A stretch of 62,165 nt of DNA, the filler included, from Gonapodya sp. JEL0774 (lineage: Eukaryota), in assembly GCA_027604505.1 (NCBI GenBank). It is 2 parts of 2 records of this genome, joined end to end, with 100 filler letters (N's around TTAATTAATTAA, not from the genome) between each part and the next. Parts side by side here need not be neighbours in the genome. Positions count along the whole stretch, not along the records: positions 1 to 31,298 come from JADIIX010000202.1; positions 31,399 to 62,165 come from JADIIX010000203.1. The stretch is one strand, 5' to 3'. The translations under genes were made by a program, and so were the position numbers. The notes under the pieces are model-generated. The model had not been told where the DNA came from, searched no databases, and saw only the letters and a program-made list of their open reading frames with translations. This document shows, one piece after another, positions 20,185-32,679 of the stretch. The stretch's first letter is position 1. Each line of letters begins with the position of its first letter.

Positions 20185-23100
20185 ATGCCCGGACCCGTCG
20201 AGATGAGCCCGGATCGGCCCTTGCTGGGTGCACTTGGCGGTGTCGGCCGTACCGCCAGTACCTTCTCTGACGTCCCTATTCGGGCCGGGGACAAGACCAC
20301 ACGGGGTGGGTCGGCGGCAGGTGCACGCACTGCTTGGGACGAGGGAGATAGCCTCAAGATGCGTGGTGGCTTTGCGGACGCGAACTCGAGCAACAGAGGT
20401 GGAGGTGGCCGTGACACAGACGGCATGAGGCGATCCCAGCTAGCGTCGCAGGGGGCACCGCAGGAGCACCAAGCCAAGGCCCAGCTCAGCCAACTCAGCA
20501 AGCAGCTGCTCGCGTCCGCTGTGTCCTCGTCACCTCAACGCTCAGCCTCGCGCCACTCGTCCTCCACCTCCCCGTCTCCGTCCCAGTCCCCCTCCCCCTC
20601 CCCACACGCCTCAGCTCGCTCAGAAAGTCCTACTCCCCCTGCTTCAAGCTCGGACTCGGCCCCCTTACCGGTTATCCCTCCCTACTCTGACCCGGCCCGT
20701 CCGCCAGCACGGTCTCGCTCTGCACCCCCGCTCAGGCTCTCACAGACCTCCCCACTTCCCAAACGAAGCTCGTCCCGAGTGGCAGCATATTTTAGAAAGT
20801 GCGTTTAGAAGTTTGTTGTTTCCTTTTTGCTCTCTGTTCCTTGTTCGGTTCGGGTCCCACGTTTCGCTCCCCTCTTGTTACGCGCAATTGTACCAACCCC
20901 CCTTTGGTGTGCCGGCTTGCCCATTCCTCTTCTCCTGTCCCCAGTGATCTCGCGACTCGCGTTCGGGAAAAGGCGTACGACGTGCACCTCTCCTCGCGGG
21001 ACACAGTTGTATACCACCCACTCGAGGACCCGGCGCTCAAATCGTACTATGAAAACTCGCACGTTCGGGATCATCTGGTTCGACTTGGGCTGGTATGTAC
21101 GATGGAGCGGGTGGAGAGGTACCGGTTGGTACGATGAGGGGGAACGGGGCGCCCGTTCGACGGGTTCTGCTTGTAGTGACAGGGTCGAGGGACCTCAACT
21201 CTCCACATTATTTTTGAGCGGCATTTGCCTCTGATTTCTGAAGAGAACTTGAAATCTCACTGGATAAAACCCCCGTTACGGCTCTTGAATCTTCTTTCGC
21301 TGCAGCTGTCCCCGTCTGGTGTCATCATCCCCCCCCGTTCTTTCCAACACCACCAACATCTCCTCGACCGCATCGAGTCCGCCGCACGTACCCTGGCTCT
21401 TCGGGAGGCTCGTGATCTCGACCGAGCCGTCGAGGTGGCAATCCGCAGGGGTCAAGCCACGCCTTCCATGCCGGCTATGGTTGGGGGACGGAGGTCGCCG
21501 TCTCCAATAGCGAATCTATTAGCGCAGATGCAGGTTCAGGCGCCTAAGGGTATGCCTGCGGTAGCGCCCCCGCAGAGTGCGTTCCACGCACACCGCGTAT
21601 CTCCGTCGACCGCGGCGACTGCGGTACCCCCGCCACCTTCGCCGACCCCGACGGTCCCTCCCGCAAGCTCGCCGATGGCGTCAATCACGCATCTCCTCCA
21701 ACCGACGTGCCCACCAGTGGCGCTCATGCATGTCCCACCGTCCGTTGCGGCGTCCTTGGACTCGACCACGTTCCGTCTTCTCAAACGCCTACGCGTCGTC
21801 TCAACACCCGAAGGTAACCCACTCCAGCTCCGTCGACGATTGGCTCCGCCAAGTCCGGCAGTGCGGAGAGCCAGTGCAGTGGAGGCTGCAAAGGCCAAGG
21901 CCGCCACGGAGGCCGTTCGTCGGCGACTGGAGATGGAGGGCAGACGGGGCTCAGTGGATGGCAACGAGTCAGTCGATAGAGCTGTGGAGGAGCAGAAGCG
22001 CAGGCGAAAGTCGAGCGTGGGTGCGCGGGACCCGTTGCACTTGCTGTCCACTGCAGCGGTGTACCTGGCCAAACCCACGATCCTCCAACGCGCAGAGAGA
22101 GGAAAAGAAGGGCAAAGGGGAAGGGACACAACGCTACGGACTGCTGGGAGAAGAGCGTCTCCACCTCGGGCGGCATCTGCGCGCTCACGCAACCCTTCCC
22201 CCCAACCCCGTGCCCACTCCGCGTCCCCTTCTCGATCCAAACCCGGACCTGCCTCACGAGCATCAACTCCTAGAGAGCGGCCAAGTACTGCCGCTCCCGC
22301 CTCGCGATCCGTCGCCGGTGCCACTCGTCCTGTTTCTGGCAAGTCAACCCTCCGAAAACCGGTGCTGGTTGTCCGAGGGATAGTCCCCGCGCCCGCCGAC
22401 CAAGGAACTCAGACAACCCCTCGTGCATCTTTTGTTGATCTTCTTCGAGATATTAGGGGTGCCGGAGTATTGCCTGGAGCACCGCAAAAGATCGACGAGG
22501 GAATTCAAGTGTCGAGGACCGTAGCGGGTGCAAGCCGATCTCCAGAGGTTCAAACCGGAGAAGGTAGAATGAGAGAAGTAAGACCCAAGACAGCTAGAGT
22601 AAGTTGCATCTTTCATGAGGCAATAAAGTTTGTTGCGGCAATTGCTCATAGTGTCATAAACATCCTCGATGCACAGCCAATCTACCAACCCTCGAAAAAC
22701 GGATCGGACACCGAGGATGAGTTGGAAGATATGGCAGTTTTGCAGATGAATTCGGATGCAGGGGAAGACGAGGTGAACGTGGATGCTGAACTCCTTGTGG
22801 AGGCTGATAAAGAATGGGCGGAGACAGTTGAGGTGATGGACGGACATGCGGGAGAAGTATATGACGAAGAGAATGGTGGTGAAGGTGAAGTCGAGGAGGA
22901 TGATTACGATGGAGAGACAAGCGAGGTGATGGACGGGGACATGGAGGTGGAAGATGAGATGCAGGTCGATGTTGATCTGGGAGAAGAATTGATGGGAAAT
23001 TCTCATGGGCAGATGCAGATCTCAGATGACTGGATACATGAGTCGACAGACTCTCCTGTCCAAGTCACATACCAGGATTTGCCAGAGTGGCAGGTTGGAG

Positions 23101-26100
23101 AGAAAACAGGGGGTGGTGCAATCAGCGAATCCGGCGAGGCCACCTTGCCGGCCACACACTACGGACGTGATGATAGTGCTCCGGTCTCTGCCTCTGCCTC
23201 CGTTCTCGCAGCGACCTCAGGGACAAACGTGAAGCCAACCCTGACTGCTACCGCGGCGAAACCAGACCCACAAACCCATTCCTCTTTCGCAATGCTTACA
23301 CCCACCGTTCCACCACAGCAACCACCAGGTACCTCACGGTCTCTTGTCACACTCTCTGATGCCCCTATAGTCCCCGCAACCTTGACGAGGAGGTCAGCTT
23401 CGGAACGATGCTCTGTCGATATTTCAGACGGACATCGCCGGCACATCCATTCACATCAGCAGCAAACAATCACATTCCCCACTAGGCCGGACAGGCCCGC
23501 CGAAGCAATGCCTGGAAGAGGTTCGAGGGCGCTGTTGGTGCAAGGGCACGGTCAGGCGACTACTGCCGAGGATGTACATGCCGCCACGGGAAACTCGTCA
23601 GGAGTATCGAACGATGTGTTACCTCCTCGGCGATTAGGCCCCCAGCCCAGTACGTATAGTGCGGACTCTTGGCCAGCGAGTGAGGCGAGCGACGATGACG
23701 CAGTACCGAATCCCGAAAGCGTATTTGGGAGGGGTGGTGACGTGGACACTTCAAACTTGCTTGACGTTGCGAGTTTGCCGAGAGTTATAGTGGAAGGTGT
23801 GGTGAGGACATGGAAGGAGGCGATGGATGCTTTTCATATGGTCGCTGGGGGAGTTGATTTCGATAGAGCCATTCGCAGGCTGAAAGAGTTTGTTGTGGAC
23901 AGCGGGCTGGCGGAAGAATTTGATCTCGCGAAGGAGTGGACAGCACATGAAGAAACTCCGATGGAACCGTCGACCGTGGAGGGTGATTGGAGTGAAGCCG
24001 AGAGGCAAGTCATGCTGTTGTTATCTGCAGCAGGAGGTAGATTGGATGTGGTGAGTCTAGGGAGTCTTTGCAAGTTGGATTCTCCAAGGATTCTCACTGC
24101 ATTTGCATTGTTTGTTGCGTTTGTGCGTCACGCGGTAGGTATTACCAATTCTCGCAATGGAGAAACAGAAAGCACTTCCCATAGTCAATCGTCAACCACA
24201 GCCGGGAGCTTCCGAACATGGTCGGGACGAATTGGCACGTGGTAGTGATTATGACGGGATGGAGCACCATCGAGTAGAATCTTTACGTGTTTATGGTGGG
24301 GAACATTCTCCTCTAATGGGACGTGCTGGGTCGGCAGTTGCTGTTCGCTCTGGATCTAACCGAGCTGTATCAGCGCGGCCCCGTGGGTCACAGAGCCGCA
24401 GCATAGCTCCTTCAAACTCAATTGAGCCGGTCCGCATGTCCGATCTCCGAACCGGTGGTGCAAGCGATCCAGAAGATGGCTCAGCCAGCAGTAGTTCAGT
24501 TGATTCGTTCCTCATCCCCAGCAAGAAACCACCAAGCCGTATGCGCGCTGTGCACAATCGTGTTTCAGAAACACCAGTTATCAGCGGCCACAGGTCGTCG
24601 GTACCAGCGAGGGGCGGTCATAGAGAAGCCGCAGGCCTGAGGAGAAAGCAACTATCAAATGGTTCGATTGGGAGCTCTGCGGCGGGACGCCACACTACGA
24701 AAAAGGTTCAGATCGCAGAGTCACGGCTTTCACCCAGTTCAATTGAGGATCAGAGCAGCGTAGCATTTGATCCTGTTGGTCACTTGGTGCAAGATGGTCA
24801 ATCCGAGGCGAATTACAGGGCAGTTTACGGCTCAATACCATCTCTCATGGGCACTGCGTATGAATTCCCTCAATCTACCAAAGCTACTCGTGGAGTTGTT
24901 CTAACAGCTGTGGAGTCTCGAGCGACGACGCCTACGGGAACGAGTGTGGTACACGGCCCGCTCGAACCGCCACCAAGAGGAGAGTCACCTGTAGATTTGC
25001 AGTTTGTCATTCATGGTGAAACGAATGAAACTGTAGAAGTATTGTCCGTGAACCATAAGGGCCAAGGGGACACTTTTGAGCGTCTCTCAGGGGTCGGTTC
25101 GAGTAGTCATGACACCATGGACCGATTCAACCAAGAACCTTACTCGGAAGTGGTGCGACTCACTCCAACAGAAAAATTGTCGGTCAAAGAAGCTGTTCCT
25201 CGTCTCAACAGTCTCGGGGATCGAGAATCTGAAGCCGGAATCGATGTCGACATCCGGAGTGTGATCAAACCTGTGGAACCTTCTTATTGTGAGGTCCCCA
25301 GGATCAATAGAGCACGGCTAAGAGATCCACTTAGCTCCAGAATTTCAACGGGTGCCATCTCACCTGCTGGATCGCAGGTTCGGCTGGACGGCGCCACCTA
25401 TGATCTAAAGAGGGGAAGGCAATCCGTTCGCAAAACCATCTCTAAAAAGGAATTAATGACCGCTGCAGTCTCTCCATCAAGCTCGATTGTCGCGTTGAAT
25501 GGAGCAATACAGAGTCCGATGTTTGTGGATCCTCAACCTACATATGTTTCTCGAAGCATCATAGGTGCTTCAAATCTACGTACTGCTGCTGTTTCTCCTT
25601 CGGCATCCAATATTGCACTGAATGCAACTGCAGAGGAATCGTCAAGCCTCGGAAAGCGGCAAGTAGTTCATAGAGACATGACGAGCTCGAGTTTGTTAAG
25701 GGCAGTCTTACACCCGGAGGCCTCCAACGTTGCGCTACATGCAGCAAGTACAGAGCTCTCAAACGAGCCTCATTCGGTCACTCGGCGGGATATTACACTC
25801 GCCAAACATTCAACAGCTACATCTTTTATGGAGAGTTCTGCTGTTGTGCTGAATGCTACAATTTCAGAGCATTCACTGAGACCTCGGACAGCTGTCACAA
25901 GACCCAAGCATAGAACAATATCTTCTGTTGGAAGTATATCTCCGGCTTCTTCGACAATCGCAGTACACGCTCAACGATCGGAAATCGCACAAGAGGCCCA
26001 GGCATTTGTCCGAGCGGATCCTCTCACTTCTCGAATTTCGACCGCTGTTATCTCTCCAGCAGCATCCTTGGTTGCTTTAACCGCTAGTCCGTTGGATCTC

Positions 26101-29100
26101 GCTGAGAAGTCTCAAAACACAGCTCGAACAAATTCTCAAATCGTTAACGTGTCCAAGGTGACCCTCCTTCCCAGTGGTTCTGAGAAGGCATTACATGCCA
26201 CAACTTCCAACGTCGGCCGCCGACCCCAAACGGCTTCTCGAAGAGACTCACAGATGTTCAATTCATCAAAGGCGACCATTGTTCCTGCGGGTTCCCAAAT
26301 GGCACTCGTTGCAGACACTTCAGATCTTTGCGTTCCCCAGGTAGCTCGTGTGGAACGGATAGAAAACAAGGAAACAATTGCTCACAATGTGGATCATAAA
26401 CAGCTCACTGACAACTTCCCACCTACATTTGACATAAACGCTGCAGAACTCGTCCGCGTGCAATCATTGGTTCAGACCACTTCGGAATATCCCAGACCGC
26501 AAACAGCGATCCGAAAGGACTTTGCAAACCCCATCGTCGCGACAATTTCTCCGTCTTGCTCAGCTCATGCCATAACTACGACACCACAGTTTGGCAATGC
26601 ACGCAAAGTCACTAAACACTTACTGCACCAAACAGTGGAACTAAAAGCCAAACTCATGCCAACTCCATCCACTGAGAGCTTGGTGGGCACATCGTCGGAG
26701 CCGAAGGGTCCCTCAAGGGCCACTCGGAGATCATTGTCCGAAAGAAGCAAAGCTAGATCTTCAGTTGTAGCTTTGGAGTCAGAACCCGTGGCTGCATCAG
26801 CAAAGTCTCTTGGTGTGGTTATGACAGAGAATCCAGGGCCCGATTCCGCTTTTTCGAGGACGTTGAGGTTGGAGAATGTCATGCGCGCTTCGATAGCTCC
26901 TTCGGGATCCAAAGAGGCACTGATTGCTGACTCTGACAATGCTCGATATCCTTCAAGAACTGCAATTCGAACACGAGTCGACACACCGGACGTAGTTCAT
27001 GTTGTTGCATTGTCCGGGAACGAATTACCTTCGAGTAGGTCGTCGCTTTGCTAGTTTAGTTGCCAGTGCTTATTACCTTGTCGATTGACGCTTGCAGATG
27101 AGCTGGAAGAACAAAGGCTCGTCGACAACGAGAGCAACAGTCGCTCACTTGATCGAACTGAGATCGTCCATGAAAGTTCAAGCACCACCTCAGATGTAGT
27201 GAACCTGTTTAATCAACTCGCTTCTCAGTTTGAAGAAGGATTTTCGCCAGACTCGGAACTCATGGGTGCTCTTGAGACTCGACTTGGACCAGATTCGACA
27301 TTGTTTCCTGGAGAACTACAATTTCCATCACAAGAAGATGTAGCAACGGACCCTTCGCTTGAGAATGTACTTCAGATGAAAATACGTAAGTTCGGAACTG
27401 ATGCTCTCGCCCTGAGCTGGTCCGCCGGAGAATTGTACATTCTTGCGACTTTGGTCTGCGACGGCGCCGACATCACCACTGTGAGTGAAGTTGAGACTGC
27501 AAGTGATTCGGAGAACAATTAAACCTCCGTAAACATTTTGGTAGGTCTTGGAACACCTGATCCGTCAGAAGAGGTCCGCTTTCTCTGGTCCGCCTGACTC
27601 TTTGCGGAGCACGGAATCCGTCAACCTTCTTGGCAGAGTATTGTCTTCGCGGCAAACTAACAATCGGTCAATGAATGTCGTGCACACACCTGATCACGAT
27701 ATATTACCCGGGCCTGACGATGAACAACGGCAGTCGGATCTACGCGACGAAATTGTTCACCTCTTTGAGTCTGCCGCTGGAATGTTCGATGCAAAAACAC
27801 CTCCCGCCAAAGAACTCATACGAAATCTCGCCAGATTGTTGGGTCCTGATACGGATACTCAACGTTACACGAAATCCGGGCACGACCTGTCAGACCCCGA
27901 GCTCGAAATGATTTTACAGTCCAGAATGCGGGAAATCGGGGACAGGGTTGTGGAGTATAACTGGACGGCAGGGGAAATCTACGTCTTGGCTGCCTTGGTT
28001 GTAGAGGGTGGTGATATTCGAAACGTGAGATTAAGTTCATATCTCCGCCTGTTTGAGAGACCCATTTCATATGTGCCATTGCAGGTCCTCTGTCATGTCG
28101 TGAACGGCAAGCAAGTTGTCGCTACAATGAGTCAACCGGCTGATGTTCGGTTTGACACAGTCCTTGCGAGGCAGCACTCCTTACCGCTGCTCCACAATGT
28201 ACCCATCTATCCCCGCAGAGCGTTTGAGTCGGAGTTCCACCTTCCTCTTTCCGAACGTACCGTTCTCGAAGAAGCTCGACAGCAACATAAGTTTAAGACA
28301 TCGGAGGGGCAAGGATCGCTGGAGACTGCTAATCTTGGATCTTCTCTGCCGAAGAGTAATGTTATCAACGGTGATTCTGACCAATTGCACGAGACCGTTG
28401 CACTTTTTTCTTCCGGTGCCAGGATGTTGGACTCGGGCTTGCTCCCGCCACAGGAATTGATAGAACAACTGGCATCTCTGTTGGGTCCAGACCCAACGGG
28501 AGAAAAGGGAGAGTATCGTGCACCTGAAGCTGAGCTCCTGGATCCCAGGTTGGAGGATAAACTGAGAGACCAACTGATAGCAGTTGGGGGAGGTGCTGTC
28601 GATGTGGAGTGGACAGCAGGAGAAATTTTCATGTTTGCTTCCTTGTTATGTATGGGAAGCAACGTTTCACGGGTGAGCTAGTCATGACGCCACAAAATTT
28701 GCACAAGTGCAAATCCAAACCCGTTTTCATTAGGTCATTGTCCCGTTAACCCAACGAAAGGCTCTTTCCTCTACCCCAGGTCAATTGTACAATCGGTCTC
28801 CATCAATACTTGAACATATTTCCCAGTCTTTGCGATCACTGGCTGCTTCACAAAACTTAAATGAAGGACAACTGGAAGCAACTGAAATCCGACATCCTGC
28901 TCCCAAGTCTTCTGTGTCCTTAGAGAGTGTTGACGGGACTGCAGGTCTTCCCGCGGATTTGCACCGACAACAAGTCGATCAGCAGCAGGAAGAGTCTTCG
29001 GCTGCTAGTGTGCCCGAGAGAAAAAGCATTGGGAGGCCATTTTCAGGACGTGCATCAGCTGCTTCTCTCAATGAGAGACAGTTTGACAAGAAAAGCAGCA

Positions 29101-30526
29101 GCTGGAGAACCAAATCTTCTAACTCGGGCTCTTCCCGCAATGACCTTCAACAAAACAATGAAGAACGCCAACTAAATGACAACCCATCAAACCGGCAGTC
29201 GTTTGCGAGACGGACAATGGACTCCGAAATGAATTCAGTCGATGTTCTCCGATTATTTGAGGCCGGTGCGACACACTTCGATGAGGGGCGGATGAAGCCC
29301 AGTGCAACAGTCGTCACTGACCTGACTGCTCTTTTGGGACACACCAACGCACCAATCGCCGATATGAGCGCGGACGGGCTTGACGTGATTATGCAGAACG
29401 AAATGCGCCGTGCTGGCGAAAACGTTCTTGGAATGAATTGGACAGCAGGGGAGAAAATGCTGATCACCTCCGTAATTTTAGCGGGAGGTGACGCCAACAA
29501 GGTTGGTGTGGTACTCTCTAGTTGAGAATGCAGGCAAATTGTAACGTTTTATACTTCTTTGTTCGACTCCGTCCTAAGCTGATTCGCATAGTAGTTGCTG
29601 CAAGGAATCAAGCACACGTCCTCTCTTCGGATAATGATGGTTTGGGCACTCTCACTGCGTCTCCTTACTATGGTGAGATAGAGGTTGCCAGGAATGGGAG
29701 TGAATCCGAAAGTCGGGGCCATTGGCCCAATTCCCCTTCCAAGGAGCATTTGTACATAACCTATCTTCACGAGAGCGACCATCCCGAGGGCGCGCAAGAG
29801 CTTTCAAAAACGATGGGACATCGATCATATTCTGGTCAAGCTGTAGGGTCGGCTGTATTGTCGCAAGGGTCAATCAAGGGCGCACTCATCGACCGTTCCA
29901 AAGTTGCGAGTATTCAGGATCTCCCTCGTCGAGCTTCCACGCCATCCATAAAGGGATCACGGAAGCTCATTCAGCAGGACATTATAACTGACTTCGCTGG
30001 CACTAATGACAATAGTGACGTAGATCGGGAGGACTGCGTCAACTTGGTGACTCAGACATCGAGCCCACCAAATTCGAAAACAAGATCCGACGAGCAGCTC
30101 AATCCGTCATCTTCATCTCCGAAGCCTCCTTTTGCGTCTCGCAGATCTGGGTCCCTTCAATTCTCCGAGGGACGAGGAACCACTGCGCGAACCTCAAAAT
30201 CTTCTCGAACTGGGTCAATCAGTTCCACGGTTGGAACTCCGAAAGCTGCCTCGAGAACTGTGATGACAGGAAAATCAATGAGTGTTCGAAGTCTAAAGGC
30301 CTTGCAAGGTGCAGAGTCTCAGGGAGAAAGGTTGGATCTCGCGACAGAGAATATTGTCGGTATTCCGGACGGAGAGCCGGAGCCACGGAGACTAGAATCT
30401 CATGTGAGGCAAATCTTGGCTGCAGTACAGAGGGCGTCGGGGTCGAGGGAAGGACTTGATGAGGAAGATGCGGTGAGAAGTAGGAGTCAGTTCCCACATG
30501 GGGCGCTCTTTGTTCCCACCCGTTAA
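20185..30526 (+). CDS. Giant (~3160 aa) uncharacterised protein: FSIP2/ERICH3-like N-terminal motif, acidic tract, ~38-aa tandem repeats and five copies of a ~90-100-aa helical domain; 10 exons
   Basis: Exons 20185-20798, 20945-21092, 21306-22598, 22677-24050, 24139-27034, 27098-27480, 27545-28024, 28085-28672, 28734-29501, 29579-30526 total 9492 nt; all junctions are GT-AG and in frame. Motif YHPLEDPALKSYYENSHVRDHLVRLGLLSPSGVII. Start and last exon are less certain. Confidence 0.72.
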
Positions 30527-31298
30527 TTATTCCGCCGTCCCACTACTCAATAATATGAGCAACTATCAAATCGCAACTGCCGGTTTGACTCTGGGTCACT
30601 GTATGTGCAGGTTTGCGCGACTAATACAAAGCTCCGACATGCAAATACATTCCTACAGCGCCACTATTGTCTCTGGTTTTTTGGTGTCCAAAATTGGATG
30701 GGAAGGTGGCTCGGTGGGACGCATCATACACGTGACTTTTGTAAAAGAGCCAAATGAAACAAGGCAGTGTGACACACGGACAGCCTCATATTATGCAATG
30801 AAACAGACTGTGCAAGGGTACACCGAATTGCTTCATTGTTTTGTCCGTCGCCTTAGTTACTCCAGAACAAGTGAAATCATGCGATGACATGATTCTGTGT
30901 GACATGTGACCGAAGAAGATATCAAATGCTGTGTGAGCAAGCAACTGGTATTCCTACAGTTTGATTTCACCTGAATTCACGCAACTCTTGTGTAGATTAG
31001 AAACAACATCATCATGTCGAATCATGTGAACACATGTCAACAAAACAAAGTCTGGCGCAAACCCATAGGAAGTCACACGAGGTAACATTTACTTTTCTAT
31101 AATGCAATTGGTGTTAAGTGCACAGTTTACAAATTGGTGTGATGTCATGTGTAACCCATGACCGAACGGCCACCCATCTTTTGACTTTATTTCGTGTTCC
31201 ATTTCGTTCATTTCATTTTCAAAAATGTCTTTTTTTTGAGGGAAAGGCGTTAAATGTAAAAGTGAAAATAGAATGTTTGCAAAAGTGCAAATGGAAAC

Positions 31299-31398
31299 NN
31301 NNNNNNNNNNNNNNNNNNNNNNNNNNNNNNNNNNNNNNNNNNTTAATTAATTAANNNNNNNNNNNNNNNNNNNNNNNNNNNNNNNNNNNNNNNNNNNN
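31299..31398. other. Assembly gap with artificial TTAATTAATTAA spacer (31343-31354)
   Basis: N runs flank a linker that has stop codons in all six frames. Confidence 0.95.
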
Positions 31399-32084
31399 AA
31401 AGGATGGTGCTAGATACCATTTTAACTAAATTGTGAAATCCAGTCGCTGACAAAGAACATTGAGAAAACCTCACCCTTACGAACTCGTCCCAGGATTCCG
31501 GCTCCATCGTGATAATCCAGGGCTTCCCTGGTACAGTTCCTGCACCAGAACGATCTCTGGCTTTGCAGAATGTCGTATATATCCGCTTGAGCTCGTCGTG
31601 CTTCCGTTTAATTTTGTCCTTGTCGTACTCCACCCCGGCACGCCTGTTGAAGTCGGCAACGATGCTCGACCACAACTTGGTGAACTTGCCAGCGGATCGT
31701 TTCGGCGCCCAGTGATTCAGCATCTCCAGGAGCTTCAACTCCCTCTCTTGAACTCCCCACTTTGCCCTATCGTCGCCCGCGTCCCCTTGTCCGTCCTCGT
31801 CCACTTTTGCTTTTCCTTTGTTGATTTTCTGGGCCTGCGCGCTTGAAGGAGCTGCCTTTGGGGGCATTTTTGAGGTGGATTGTGGATAGTACGGTGAAAA
31901 ATCGTTTCAAAAATCGCCCCCGGACGTGGTTATTCGGCTCCACCTGAATAATCGATTATTCGAACACAACCATTTTCATTTTGTGCGGTGCCGAACACCC
32001 AAAATAATTCACTTTCACCAATAATCGATTATTCTACAAATAATCGATTATTTGTGCCCCAAAAAACCGGTGCCGTACGGGCCC
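31399..32084 (-). mobile_element. One end of a PIF/Harbinger DNA transposon, truncated by the assembly gap
   Basis: Contains a Myb/SANT-like ORF. Terminus ...GTGCCGTACGGGCCC (32070-32084; GGGCCCGTACGGCAC on the minus strand) is followed by TAA (32085-32087), the Harbinger target site. Three subterminal palindromes AATAATCGATTATT at 31947, 32020 and 32039. The other TIR and the DDE transposase are not visible. Confidence 0.7.
31475..31867 (-). CDS. Myb/SANT-like DNA-binding protein of a Harbinger element (exon 1; the rest is lost in the gap)
   Basis: RAKWGVQERELKLLEML...FTKLWSSIVADFNRRAGVEYDKDKIKRKHDELKRIYTTFCKARDRSGAG...ITMEPESWDEF, a typical Myb_DNA-bind_3 pattern. Donor site at ~31474 or ~31480. 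Confidence 0.75.
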
Positions 32085-32679
32085 TAAGGCACAGCTACCT
32101 ACGCACAATAAGATCACATCTCACTCCATCTCACACTGCACGGCTATCACTAGGCCACCATCCCGTTCATAGAGGGCTGAGACTGATACGGAGTGACAGC
32201 CCACTACACCACAGCGGTTTGACAGGATGCAAGATGCTGCCGGCCTCCCTCCCAATTGTGATGTCCCGTACTGGACTGGACTGGTAGATTTAGGACGGAT
32301 GTCTGATGTATGCGTAGGTCGTACAGTATAGATATATGACTACCTGCATATATCTCCAGACTGTGTCACCCAAGGTGCCCAGTACACCACAGATTGTCAT
32401 ATTGTGACGTGGCATTCCCGCTGAGTAGATATCACTACACTGTACTATTCCCCATTAGACTACACTGGTTCTGGTCCTTCTACTGGACATTCACATAATA
32501 TCACTCCCGCCATGTACAAGGTCTATTCGGCATTCAAGAGGAGTCCACTCAATCAACTTACATACTATATTGACAGTCCAGTTGCGCCTCGTGCAATTTT
32601 CGGCCGCCTTCGTTCAATTCTCTACATTCTCTCACATCCCCAAAACTTTGCGAGAAGTGTGAACAATTATTTGTATGTA

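Noticed and set aside
31343..31354. Perfect palindrome TTAATTAATTAA
   Set aside because: Artificial scaffolding linker embedded in Ns; ORFs ending '...LIN*' here are artefacts.
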